Below, piece by piece: positions 36,644 to 48,486 of a DNA stretch of 64,000 nt. The DNA lies in the NCBI RefSeq assembly GCF_000315625.1, contig NW_005434532.1, forward strand, positions 33,007 to 97,006, written 5' to 3'. The first letter of the stretch is position 1. Each line of letters opens with the position of its first letter. A program made the position numbers and the translations under genes. This stretch comes from Guillardia theta CCMP2712. Taxonomy: Eukaryota > Protista > Cryptophyta. The notes under the pieces are model-generated. The model made no database searches. It was given only the letters and a program-made list of their open reading frames with translations, and was not told the DNA's origin.

Positions 36644-39600
36644 TCAGTGCAGGCTCGTCGAGCTCGCAGGGGTTGGCCTGATCCATCCCGAGCTCACCAT
36701 CGAGTCGTACACCCTGACAAGGCGCATTAGCGGACCACTACCACCACCACCACCTTCCCTCCTCCTCCTCCTCCTCCTCCTCCTCCTCCTCCTCGCCCCC
36801 CTTCCATCTCTGCCTCCATCTGCACCACCTCTCTCCTCCTCCACTTACTTAAGTCCCTTGCTGGCATCGAGGCCGGGGAATCTCGCAGCCAGCAGTTGCT
36901 TCGCCTTCTCCTTCCTGACGTATCCGCTGCGAACGCCCTGCTGGGCAGTGAGGAGGAGCAACAGAAGCAGAGGCGGGTGACGGAGGAGGAGGATGCGACG
37001 AGAAAGACAGGGAGGGAGCAGGAAGGGAAACAGGAGATGAGACAGGCAGAAGGAGGGGTGTAGGAGAGAAAGGAGAGGTCGGAAGGGGCATGAGGGGGAA
37101 GAACGATGGGGAGCAGGAGGGGGAAAACTGGTGGAGTAAGAGAGGGAGGGGGAGAGGGAGGGGGAGAGGGAGAGGGAGAGGGAGAGGGAGGGGGAGGGGG
37201 TGGTAGGGGAGGAGGTTCAAACCTCTCGAGTGAAGGCGTCCTTGAGGCCCAGGTATTCGCAGGGGGACATTCTGAGGCTGATACAGAGCTGAAAGAAATG
37301 AGAGGAGAGAGGTTGTTCAGCGATGGAACAGAAAGCCACGGCACAAACCGACGGAAGAAATGGGGGAGGGGAGGGGAGCGGGAGGAGGAGGAGGAGGAGG
37401 AGGAGGAGGAAGGCAAGAAAAAAATAACGAGGAGGATTTAAAGATTTGACCTGCTTCTCGATAAGCGAGAGATAATCAGCGCCAGGCATTTGCTTGATTT
37501 CAAACGCGCCCAGCTGAGAGATCAGAGAGCCGTCAGAAGATGCAGGACCATGGAAGGGAGCGTTTGGGGGTTAGCGGGTAGATCAAGCAGAGCAGACAGA
37601 GGAGAGGGGGAGGGAAGGAGGAAGGGAAAGAAGGGAGTGTGAGGAGGAGCGGACAAGGAGGGAGAGGTGGAGGAGAAGGTGGTGGCGGTCGTGGAGACAA
37701 AAACTTGAGCTACCTGCTTCTTATCCTTAGAGGAGCCGAGCAGGAGGGGGCCTGGAGGAGGTCGAGGAGTCACTTTCAACTCCCTGCTTCTCTTCTGCTC
37801 CTCACCGAGCGACTCGTTGTTCTCCTCGTCGTTGTCGTTCCTCGACCTGCCGCAAATCAATTCCCAAAGTCGTCCTTGTTTCCTCCTCCTCCAGCCTCCT
37901 CCTCCTCCTCCTCCTGCTCCTGCTCCTTCCCCTTGCCCCTCTAGGCCCCATTCCCTCCCCATTCCTTCTCTCCCTCACCTCCGTTGTGAGCCCGTCTTGT
38001 GCGTGGAGTAGATGGTGTCCGACACCTTTCCTCGTTTCCCTTGCTTCTCCTCCTGCCACGATCGCGATCAGAGATATTGCAGCTGTGAGAGGGAAATTGG
38101 AGGATGAGGCGAGGAAGAGAAGCAAGCGAGGGAGACTAGAGGAGGAGGAGGAAAGGGATAGAGGAGGAATTGGACCTGCTCTTTCTTCTTCTTCTCGTAC
38201 TCGTTCACCTCCTCCTCAGTACGCATGCCAAGTTTCCTGTACGACTGCAGGAGCTCGATGTGCTTCCTGATTCGCTTCTCCAGGACCAGCCCCTTCATGT
38301 ACTCCTCGTGCTCCTCCTGCGAGGCATCAGAAGGTGTGCGGGAGCAGTGAGGAGGGAAGGAGAAGGAGAGAGGGGAAAGGAGATCAAGAAAGGAGGAAGG
38401 GAGAGGGAGGAAGGGACAAGAGCGACGGAGAGATAGTTGGCGGGGAAGAACGTTGGAGGGAGGAGAGCAGCGGGAGAGAGTGGGCGAGGAAGAGCGGAAG
38501 CAGGGGAGGGAACACCTGGGACCAGAATCGAGCGAACACACGCATTTGAGCATACAGTTCCCTTTCGTCCTTCGTCCTCCTACATTTTTCATCTTCAGCC
38601 TCCCCCGGCAAACGGCATCTTTTCTCACCTCCTCTCTTGGCTCTGATGCTTCTTGAGGTCGAGTAGGCCTCTTTCCCGGGATGTCAGCCGCATCCTCCCC
38701 CTCCCCCCCGCCGCTTCCCCCCCTCCCATCGCCTCCTCCTTTGCTCTCTTCCTCTCCTTCCTCCTGTGCTTTCTTCTTCTCCATCTCCCTCCTCCACCCT
38801 CCTCCCCTGCCCTTACTATCGCTTCCTCTGATCCCTCTGCTCCTCCGGCAACCGAATGCTTCGCACCTTTCCAGGATGAATTTCTTCCTCCTCTCCCTCT
38901 CCTCGAGCTTCCAGTTGTAAATCTCCAGAACCTGGCGAGGAGGCCCGGCGACGTCAGCGGCTTCCAGTCTCTCCCTCGGAGAGTATCAGCGGCACCTTGG
39001 TCTTGATTTCTCTGTCTTGGTCAGTGTCCTGGAAGCAGGAGCATCAATGTGGAGCGAGTGAGAGGCTGAAGGCACCTTCTTGTCATCAAAAACACAATCG
39101 CAGATCAGCATCTCTGCAGAGGTTTGAAGTCATCCAAAGAGAAATCGTGAGACATACGACAAGCTCCTCCTCCTCCTCCTCCTCCCACCTGCATCATTGT
39201 CCCACTCCACGTCGAAGTCGTTTCTCGACGGCATGTAGCTGCAAGGCGGCACCTTCAGCAGACAACGAGCAACTTAGATCCTCGGAGTCACCCGACTATG
39301 TCCGATCCAGCAGGTTTCCCCTCGTAGTATCGGATGCTTTCTCTCGTGATGTTCTTCGTCTCTGACAACGGCTGTCACGTCTTTTTTTTTTCCTCCCTCC
39401 TACACGGCGCAAGAGGCTCACCAAGCATCGCCTTCTTCCACTCCGACTTTGTGAACTTCCCCGGGATCTGAAGGACGAGGGTGAGCAGGAAAGAGGAGAA
39501 AAGCCATGGAAAGGAGCAGGAGGGACGGAAGGGAGTGATGAGGCGATGCAGAAGGAAAGGAGAGAAGGAAAGGGGGAGAGAGGAGAAAACAGGAACAGAG

Positions 39601-40524
39601 CAGAGGGAGCAAGAGGGGCAACAACATTGAATCACCTTCCCAGCACCTGCTACGGCTGCTTCTATGCACTCGCTGTAATCATCTTTGGACGGCTTTGCGT
39701 TGAATCTGCAGGCACAGGAAGGTAAGAACAGCACACCTTGCGCTGTCCCAACGACTCACTTGGTCTTGCTGATAGCACGGGACACATCGGGGACAGGAAT
39801 GCCGCTCCCGGTGTTGATGTAGTTGGCGTAGTAATGGAACTCACACTCAATCTTCTTCTTAGTCCCCACCACAAGCGCAACCTCTGCCCAGTTGCCAAGA
39901 CCTACACCAGCCATGAGCATATACCAACTCCCCCTCTCCCTCTCCCTCCCTCTCTTCTCCTCCAACATCCCCCTCCCTTGCCCCCACCCCACCCCTTCAT
40001 CTCTGTACCACTTTCCCGTCCCTCTCTTGCCCATCCTCAAGATCTCAAAACTCACCGTAGGTCTCGATTCCTTCCAGCAACGCCACCTCCTCCCTCGCCG
40101 TCCAGTCCTCCGTGATGAGCGGGAAGTCCAGCCGCTCCATGACCCGGTAGGGGTGATCGTTCCTGTGCGGGTTCTTGCCGTCCGTCTTCTCCACGTCGTT
40201 AATCTCCACCCCGACCGAGAAGCATTCCATGCACAGATCCACGTCGTCCGACACCGCCGACTTGATGTACATCTGATCCTGCCACCAAACGGGTGTGAAA
40301 ACTCGCCCCAGGGAGACAGAGGCATGCGGCAACAACCGAGACGTCTCGTTTGCAGTAGTTGCAGTGCACTCTCCCCAGCTTCGCCTGCATCTTCCGTTTC
40401 TGCTCTTCCTCCGCAATCTGAGCGCTCGCTGCCTGCATTTCAACTCTATCAGCCCATGGACTACAGATCCGAACAGACTCACCTCCCCACGCGTCTCAAT
40501 CTTCCGTTTCCTGCTGCTGTCCAT
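36644..40524 (-). CDS. ADA2: Transcriptional adapter ADA2 (ZZ, SANT, SWIRM), multi-exon
   Basis: HCNYCKRD, DLCMECFSVG, HRNDHPYRVM, DWTAREEVALLEGIETYG|LGNWAEVA..GTK, YMPSRNDFDVEWDNDA, MRVFARF and RVYDSMVSSGWI. Confidence 0.93.
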
Positions 40525-41619
40525 TTTACCCAGCCAACGACAGACAAGGCACCACAAGGAACCACAAGGATCTGAGCAGGCGGCTGGACCCGCTGGCCTG
40601 CCATCAAGAGCTCGCCCGTCAACACACCAGCAATGAAGCTTACAAGGGCTTTCCGAAGAGTCTCTTCCCCTTCCTACCCAATAGGCAAGAGCATCCTTTG
40701 CCTCTGGACCTCTTCCCGTTACCTCCTCGTCTAAACCCTGTGCATATCATCCTGGATGTTAACCCCTTACCCTTCCCCTTCTTTCCCTCCCCCTCCCCCT
40801 CCCCCTCCTCCCCTTCCCTCTCGCTTCCAGCCATATCCTTCTGCCAGCTTCCAGCCAGCCGCGAAATGTTGAAGGTAACGGTTTGTAACCATCGATCACC
40901 AATCTCCGTGAGGCAAGCCCGGAATTTATGTGCGTAAGTAAAATAATCACTCAAGGCCTTATATGCGCCGTGACCAACATGCGGTTGTTGAGCTCTTTAC
41001 TACAGGTTATATCGATACCGATCGTCATCTCCCGGTACAGAATGTTTTACTCACCGTCATCAATTGAAAGTACAGGTATCAAGTAGTGCCCATTCAACGT
41101 ATAGGTCAGATTGGGGATGAGGGGTACAGAACTTTCAAGCTATGTGAATTTTTCTCCAACACAGATGAAATCACAGGCAGGATATTCGATTTCGAGTGAA
41201 GTGACCAAAGGTAGATGATTTGTTGCGAGGACGAAATGGAATGGTTTCAGTGTTGGTTCCATGAAACGCCTTATCTCCCTTATCTTTTCCAATGGTCGTA
41301 GGGGCGCGAAAATACGTCTTTTGAGCTCTTCTGGAAGGAATCGAACGGACAACCCCTTGGAGCCTACGTGAGCAGGTAACGTCTTCATTGGAGGGACGTG
41401 ATCGGAGTTTCACTCTTGGACTCGAAAAGACATATTTTCAGTGACTCGGAAGAGACTGGTCACCGCTGGACTTCCCCGAAAAAAAGAATCGGCCCCCAAA
41501 GTATGTCTTTTCGTTGCCACCTCTCACATGATATTTACAGTATCATGCTATGAAATACAGAAACCAGAGAATTTCAAAACTGGATATAGAATTTGGTGAT
41601 TATATCAAAAACTACAATG

Positions 41620-42310
41620 GTTGGACCCCCACTGGTAGCGTCACTTTCTCGCTGTTTTCACCTACGCCTCCTCGCCGACCACCCATCTCCATAGTTCCCG
41701 GCACACCCCTATCCCCATACTAAAATACCACCCCTGCTCCTCCGCAAGACCTAGGGGATTATAAAAATGTTTGTCCGAGGAGGGGAAGGGTGGTGGGGGA
41801 GGGAGGGGTAGGAGGGTGGGTAGGTGGAGGGATGGCGAATGCGTTTACCCCTTCCGATTACGGACCACCCCTTTCACTCTTGTCTACCCCTCCCTTTACC
41901 CAGAATACAACCCCACCCATCGTAATCTCGACAGGACGTCTCCGGATTTTATTGGTGGACCCCTTCCCTAGCTGTACCCCTGCATCTTTCAACATCCACC
42001 CCACCCTTCTAATCCATTCCCTTTTTTACCCCCACCCTCTTGAAAGTTTCCTCTTTGTCTACCCCTACCCCCATTTAAGTATCGATATGTTCTTTTCACC
42101 CGGTTCAAACACCATGTTTGAACCCACTGGTCTGTTTACAGTCCTTCAACCCTTCCATCACTACCCAACCCATGTACCCTCATGTTTTCTGTACCCACCC
42201 TACTCTTTGACTGCAATTATGACCCTACCCCAGGGTACCAGCATACCTTGCTACCACCCCACCCGGGCCTTCACGCTTTCCCAAAACCCCTGTTGTTTCC
42301 TTGCCCCCCT
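41620..42310. repeat. TACCCC-rich intergenic tract between divergent genes
   Basis: Dense accc/tacccc motifs like those in the other blocks. Confidence 0.45.
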
Positions 42311-42502
42311 TGTTATCTTCACGCATCAAATTCTGTGTGTTCGTGTCTCCTGCCGCTCCGCTCTCCGTCGCTCTCCCCCTCCCCATCCATCCCTCTTCTT
42401 CCTCGATCCCAGCGACCCTCTCCACTTCTTGCAGTACTCACAGTCTCCCTCTAAATCCCTTCAGCATCTTTCCTCAGCAGTCCCGCCTCCTTCCATCTTG
42501 AT

Positions 42503-43342
42503 ATGCAAGCGGATCTAGGGAAGAATGATCTCTCTTCCGACAAGCTCTTTCCTCTGTGCCAGAGCTCCCTCTACGGGTCTTTGGTCAACAGCATTGAAGA
42601 GAACCTCAAGCGAAAGATGCTGACTGAAGCGATCTCATCTCAGATTTTGGGGAAGCTGTTCAGAGGCGAAGACACCCAGCTTCTGCAGGCCATCGCAATA
42701 TCTCCTCCTCTCTCTCTTCTGAATTCTAGAATTGCTAGACCCAGCCCCCTGTCATTGGATGAATTGCACAATGGAGCGCATTCTGCCCCTTGCACAGCAC
42801 CTCCGTCAGCACGGTCCTGCTCTTCGCATACGAGCAAGCGATCTTGGTTTGACTCGGCTCAGTCGGACACCCGCAGTGGAAAGAAGCCGAGGAAAGACGA
42901 CATGGCCAGTGAGCCGTCCTCGCCCTACAGCATCGACAGCATCCTCAGCCCGCACAGCGTGAGCTCCAACGATTCCGAGAGAAGCTTCTCGTCGCGAGGA
43001 TGGCAGGCCACGAGCAGCAGCCACAAGTTGCAGCGCAGTGAGAGGTTTGTGCATGATGTGATGGTACAAGTGTCGCTGACCCACTCTCTCCTTCTCAGTT
43101 CTTCCAGCTCGGAATCGTTTGCTGCGGTGCTCATGAGAAGAAAGCACATGGAAGGAGCCGGTCACCACGATGTTTATGACAAGTACGCCGCCTCCATCGA
43201 GGCGAAGAACAGCGCTAGCAATGCTTCATCGCCTTGCGAAGTATCCACCAAGTCCTTGCGGAGGATGAGGAAACGGGCCTTGACCATCATCAAGGACAAC
43301 TGGGTGAGCCAGCTCGAGCAATGTGGGGTTGCTCTTGGTTGA
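42503..43342 (+). CDS. Hypothetical Ser-rich protein, single exon, 279 aa
   Basis: Uninterrupted non-repetitive ORF with coding-like composition, a possible NLS (KKPRK) and a T-rich 3' flank. Confidence 0.6.
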   Translation: MQADLGKNDLSSDKLFPLCQSSLYGSLVNSIEENLKRKMLTEAISSQILGKLFRGEDTQLLQAIAISPPLSLLNSRIARPSPLSLDELHNGAHSAPCTAPPSARSCSSHTSKRSWFDSAQSDTRSGKKPRKDDMASEPSSPYSIDSILSPHSVSSNDSERSFSSRGWQATSSSHKLQRSERFVHDVMVQVSLTHSLLLSSSSSESFAAVLMRRKHMEGAGHHDVYDKYAASIEAKNSASNASSPCEVSTKSLRRMRKRALTIIKDNWVSQLEQCGVALG

Positions 43343-43878
43343 CGAGGTAACGGCAGGTTCCGCGAGACATGACGTGGAGAACTAAGGGTATCGCGCTGAA
43401 TCTCAAGAGTGCAGCGTCACCTGAAAAGAGCGACTGATTGTTTCCTCGTGCCTCGTGTATTTTTTCGTAGTAGTTGTTTTTGCATCCTTGCCCGATTCAC
43501 TGCTTCGCTTGATTTGTTGTTAGTTTTTGAGTTTGTTGTTTGTTTTTTCGATGTTGATGCTATCGATCCGGTTGTGATCGAGAGCTGACAAATCATTGGT
43601 TGCCATCGTGTACTATATGGCTCTATATGTTGAGAAGCCGACTGTAGATTACAATGAACATACCGTGAAAGTAATTCAAAATACCATGTGGACGTATTGT
43701 AATTGCAATCACAGCTACAACCTTGCAGTTTTCGTTTTCTACTGTTTCAATTTTCGTTTACTGTAGTCCTCAAGGACAAATATTCGTACACACATCTCCT
43801 TTCCCCGTCCTTCCTGCATCTCCTTTCCCTGTCCTTCCTCCGCCCCGCATACACCCTCCCTCCGCTTCCCGAACACCC

Positions 43879-46240
43879 TCAGGGCATCCAACAACTAAGC
43901 TGCCCTGAGCTCACTTGCAGCGTCATGGCGCTGTAGCTCATCGCAAGCTGCTTGTCTTGGTGCATGCTGGGTAGCGCTGAACGGCAGCGATCGGAAGCTG
44001 CCGCGAGCTCCCCGTCTATGCACACGATGCCTTTGTCGCATGCCGGTTCCCAGAGCATTTCCCGCACCTTGTGTTCAAGTGAGAGAGGACGCAGGTACGG
44101 CAGGACACACCTTGTAGTACTCGACGTACTCGTGCCGGAGATGCTTGCCTGTGATTTGAATAAGGGTGTGGAGAGGTGGGGGAGTGAGAAAGGTTGGAGG
44201 CAGGATGGAGGCAACGCAAGGTAAGGTAAGGAGGGGGGGTTACCGCTTTCAACCTCGAGGAAGATCTGAATCATCTGTAGACGAGACACGCGGCTTCTTA
44301 TGACTACAACGTCAAAACTTCCGTCGTTCTGACTTGCCTTGGGTGCTACCTGAGACTTGATCAGGATAGTTGGCAGACAGGCCGGGAGGAGCAACAAAAA
44401 GAGGAGCAACAAAGGGTAGTGGCTTAAGGGGTGGGGGAGAGGGAGGTAACAAGGGGAATGGGAGAGGAGGAGATAACAAACAAGAAAGGAAGAGGAGGAA
44501 GAGGGAGAAGAGGGGGGGGGGGGGCAACGGGGAGACCTGCAAGTCGGAAGCAGCATACGGCACGTTCATAGCCCAGATGAGGAGGAAGCGATCGGATATC
44601 GTGACCCACTCTTGAGAGGAGGAGTTGACGTCGGACGGTGCGAGCCTGAGCTTGAGAGTTCCGTTGTACACGCGGCGGCGAAAGATGTTGACAACACCTT
44701 GTAACGTCGCTCGGATGGGACCTAGCAACCCGATCAAGGCGAGCAGGTGCATGTAAGACGAGAGGGATTGGGATGATGGTTGTTGGTAGGGAGCAAGAGA
44801 AGGAGGATGGTCAAGACATGAGCGAGACAAGTGCAAAAAGGAGCGGATGCGCAGAGGAGGGATGAGAGGAGTTTGCGTTACGAGATGGAGGAGTTCGGTA
44901 TGAAGAGGGTGAGACGAGTGAGTGTTAGAGGGGAGGGTGGATGCAGGAGGGGAGGAGCAGGGCAAGGGGAGGGAGAGGAATGAGAAAGGATAACTACCGC
45001 AGCAGCATCGGAGGGCGTCTGCCTCTATGTCGCTATCGCTGACAAGGCCCCATGCCCATGATAGGACACTCCTTGAGATTGTATGTTACTTCTCCTCCTC
45101 CCTCCTCCCTCCTCCCTCTCTCCTCCTCCCTCCTCCCTCTCTCCTTCCCTTCGCCCTCTTTTCCCTTCCCCCTCCCAGAACAAACCTTCCTCTACTCAAC
45201 AGTTCAGCGCAAGCTTGTACCTGTACTTGACGATGCCGTCCTGGATGACTAGACCAACATCGAGCGGACTCGGCTGGCAAGACAGGACGCGTCAACAACA
45301 TTCCCCTCCCCCAGCAGAGCAAGCTGCTACCCTGCATCTCAGGATCGCGAGCATGGCCGAGAGAGGGTCGTGATGGTCCCCGGCGGTGCTGAGAAGTGAC
45401 TTGACCAGCCCGTTGCCGGTTCCTGCTGGTACGACCCCTGAGGCAGCGCGTCATCGACACGATTGAGGAGGAGGAGCAGCACCGATGGGTACCCGGGCTG
45501 CCTGGTTGGAGTCCGGGCGGGCAAGCAACCCCTGAACCATCTCGGAGACGAGGCCGTCCCCGCCGACGAGGATGATGCCATCGTAGTCGGCAAGGACAAG
45601 CGCTGCCGCTACCTCCCTCGCATGCCCTTAAAACGACACGTCAGCAGGGCACTATACACGTACAGTTGCACGTTGGTTGGCAGCCTACCTGCATGGGTGG
45701 TGAAGACGGCCTCGAAGCGAGAAGTGCTCTGCAACAGCAAGGGCTTGACCACCTCGTTGAAGATCTCTCCTCCCTTCTTCTGTCCGCCGAAGGGGTTGAC
45801 GAGGACCATGTACCGCATGCCGTCCCTCCTGCTCCAGATAGTCTTCCAGTTGTGCATGATGTTGAGGTAATGCTGGTTTCGATCCGAGAAGAAGAGGTCG
45901 TGTCGCCTGTAGTTCCGCTGTCTTGATCCGCTACATCCTGCCGTCTTGTAGGGGTAAGCATGCACATGAATGGTAGACGACTGGCCCTCCTGTATCCCCG
46001 ACACATCGTCTGCTGAAAGGAACAGGTCCTGTATGTACATCCCTGTCGCATTCACCCGCACATTCTGCTGCACCCCCTGGTAGGATGCCTGCGGTTGTGC
46101 GTCAGGCCAGCAGGAATGGCTCGTATCCTACCGTTGCGGTGATCTCTGGGATGTTGGAGAGAAGGTCGCCCCCTACCAGCGGTGTCGACATGCTGCTTGA
46201 CGTGCTGCTCGGTGCCTGCCTGGAGGGAACACTCATCCTG
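43879..46240 (-). CDS. Sphingosine/ceramide kinase-like (DAGK catalytic domain), multi-exon; 5' end uncertain
   Basis: VLVNPFGGQKKG, TTHAGHARE, DGIILVGGDGLVSEMVQGL, VPAGTGNGL, APKASQNDGSFDVV and IDGE. Confidence 0.88.
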
Positions 46241-46559
46241 CAGCTGGTCTCCTGTTGGGACAATCTAGCTCAGGAGATGAATTCACAATGCCCCACCCCA
46301 ACAAGTTCCTCTGAATCGCTTCACGCCGCCTCCTACACCACCTAGTGGACTAGCACAGATCTAGTCACACAATCAACACACGTGTTCGAGTGCCCATTGA
46401 GCCCTCGGACTTCGCCCTCGCTCGTCTCAGCTCCATCTGCTCTGCCCAGGCTCCTCCTCCCCCTCCCTTGTAGCTGGAGTGAACTGACACTGAGGATCTG
46501 ACCTACATCAACGCCACAGGTGACATCAAACACATCTGTGATCTTTCGGCCCTCTCCCT

Positions 46560-46912
46560 CCTGCTCCTCCTGCTCCTCCTGCTCCTCCTGCTCCTCCTGC
46601 TCCTTCTGCTCCTCCTGCTCCTCCTGCTCCTCCTGCTCCTCCTGCTCCTCCTGCTCCTCCTGCTCCTCCTGCTCCTCCTGCTCCTCCTGCTCCTCCTGCT
46701 CCTCATGCTCCTCCTCCTCCTCCTGCTCCTCCTGCTCCTCCTGCTCCTCCTGCTCCTCCTCCTCCTGCTCCTCCTGCTCCTCCTGCTCCTCCTGCTCCTC
46801 CTGCTCCTCCTGCTCCTCCTGCTCCTCCTGCTCCTCCTGCTCCTCCTGCTCCTCCTGCTCCTCCTGCTCCTCCTCCTCCTGCTCCTCCTGCTCCTCCTGC
46901 TCCTCCTGCTCC
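46560..46912. repeat. (CTCCTCCTG)n 9-mer microsatellite, ~350 bp
   Basis: Seen directly; lies between the divergent kinase and SLY1 genes, possibly in a 5' intron of the kinase. Confidence 0.95.
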
Positions 46913-46983
46913 CTCCTATGGTCGCAAGCGTGGCTCCGAAAAACGTAGTGCAAAACTCGGTGGAACAACCGCCAGTAACGGGT

Positions 46984-48439
46984 ATGAACTTTCGGTAACG
47001 TGTGTAACGGAAGTACACGCGGCATGGCGGCGGCGGGGAAGGGGAAGGGAACGCCGACGAAGGGAATGGGCGGGAGTCCTTTCCTATCCATCAGGAACAA
47101 GCAGATAGGTGCGAACATGTTCGACATGCTTGCGATGAGAGATGAGGGGAGGAGAAGGGAGGAGACTGAGATGAAGATGGGGATGGAAGAGCTGTGCTGG
47201 GAGGAGGCGATCCTGTGTGTGAGAGAGGAGGGAAGCTGTGGTGAAGTAGAGGGCAAGTACTGAGGACTGAGGATGAGACGATGAGGAGCAGATGAGCTGG
47301 CTGTGGAGATGTTTGTTGTTGTACATTTGCTCTTGTGCTAGCTATGATAGAAGCCCTCTGACATGAAGAAGCTTGACCGAAATCAAGTAATGTTGACTGC
47401 AGACTGCTTCGAGAGAATGCTAAATTTCAACAACCCAGTCGACAGCAAGACAAGCTGGCAGGTGCGTCCTCTTGATCCATCCTCGTCCCTCCTGTCTTCT
47501 CCGCTTCCTCCTGTCTCCCCGTTGTTGGTTCGGCTCCTACACAGGGCAAGGATGAACCCTTCGTAGGAGAACTGGAAGATATTGATATACGACAACCTAT
47601 CGCGGGACATGGTCTCAACTCTCTTCAAGGTGCTCAGCGCCATAGCAGCGCTGCCATGTGCGAGCTGAGCGCCTGCCAGGTCGCGGATCTCCGCCGGCAT
47701 GGGGTGACCCTCCATCTCAACCTTCATGCGGACCGTCAGCCGGTGCAGGTAGCCCATGGCGCAGGCGGCAATGGGGGGAACGGGTGATGGAGCCTCAAGC
47801 AGGATGCGGCAGCGATCTACCTCGTCGAGCCCAGCATCGAGAACATCCAGCGCATCGCCCGCGACTGCTCGAGCGGCCTCTACGACAGGTGGAGGAAGGG
47901 AGAGGGGGGAGGCTCCCTGACCCTGCCATCAGCATGTACCTGAACTGGAGCTCCACCATCTCGCAGGACTCGCTGCACAGTCTGGCATGCTCTGTGTCGC
48001 AGACAGACTCGTTCCATCGCATCGTCAAGGTACTGTGCTCGCCCCCCTCTCCGCTCCCTCCCCCTCCCCCGGTTGATGTGGAAGCGTTCAGGTAGTGGAT
48101 CAGTACGTTAACTTCGTGTCTCTGGGGCACAACCTCTTCACGTTGGGGATGCACAACTCCTACATGGCGCTCAACGACCCAGAGGTACGAGACCCGTTGC
48201 TGCCTCGCCATCTCAGTCTCCGCTAGGTCCGAGACTCCGATATGGAGAGAACGATCGGCAGCATCGTGAACTCTCTCTTCTCCGTCATGGTAGGACGTCT
48301 CTTGATCCATTCACGCCCTCTCCTCTTCTTCTCTTCTACTCCTTCCTCCTACTCAACCACCACCACCACCACCACCACCGCTACCTCACCTTCCTTCTCC
48401 TTCCTCGCTGCCTCCTCCTCCTCCTCCTCCTCCTCCTCC

Positions 48440-48486
<47 letters not shown>

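Noticed and set aside
46342-47256. 304-aa EQE-repeat ORF
   Set aside because: It is open mainly because of the 9-mer microsatellite, and it overlaps the SLY1 first exons on the opposite strand.
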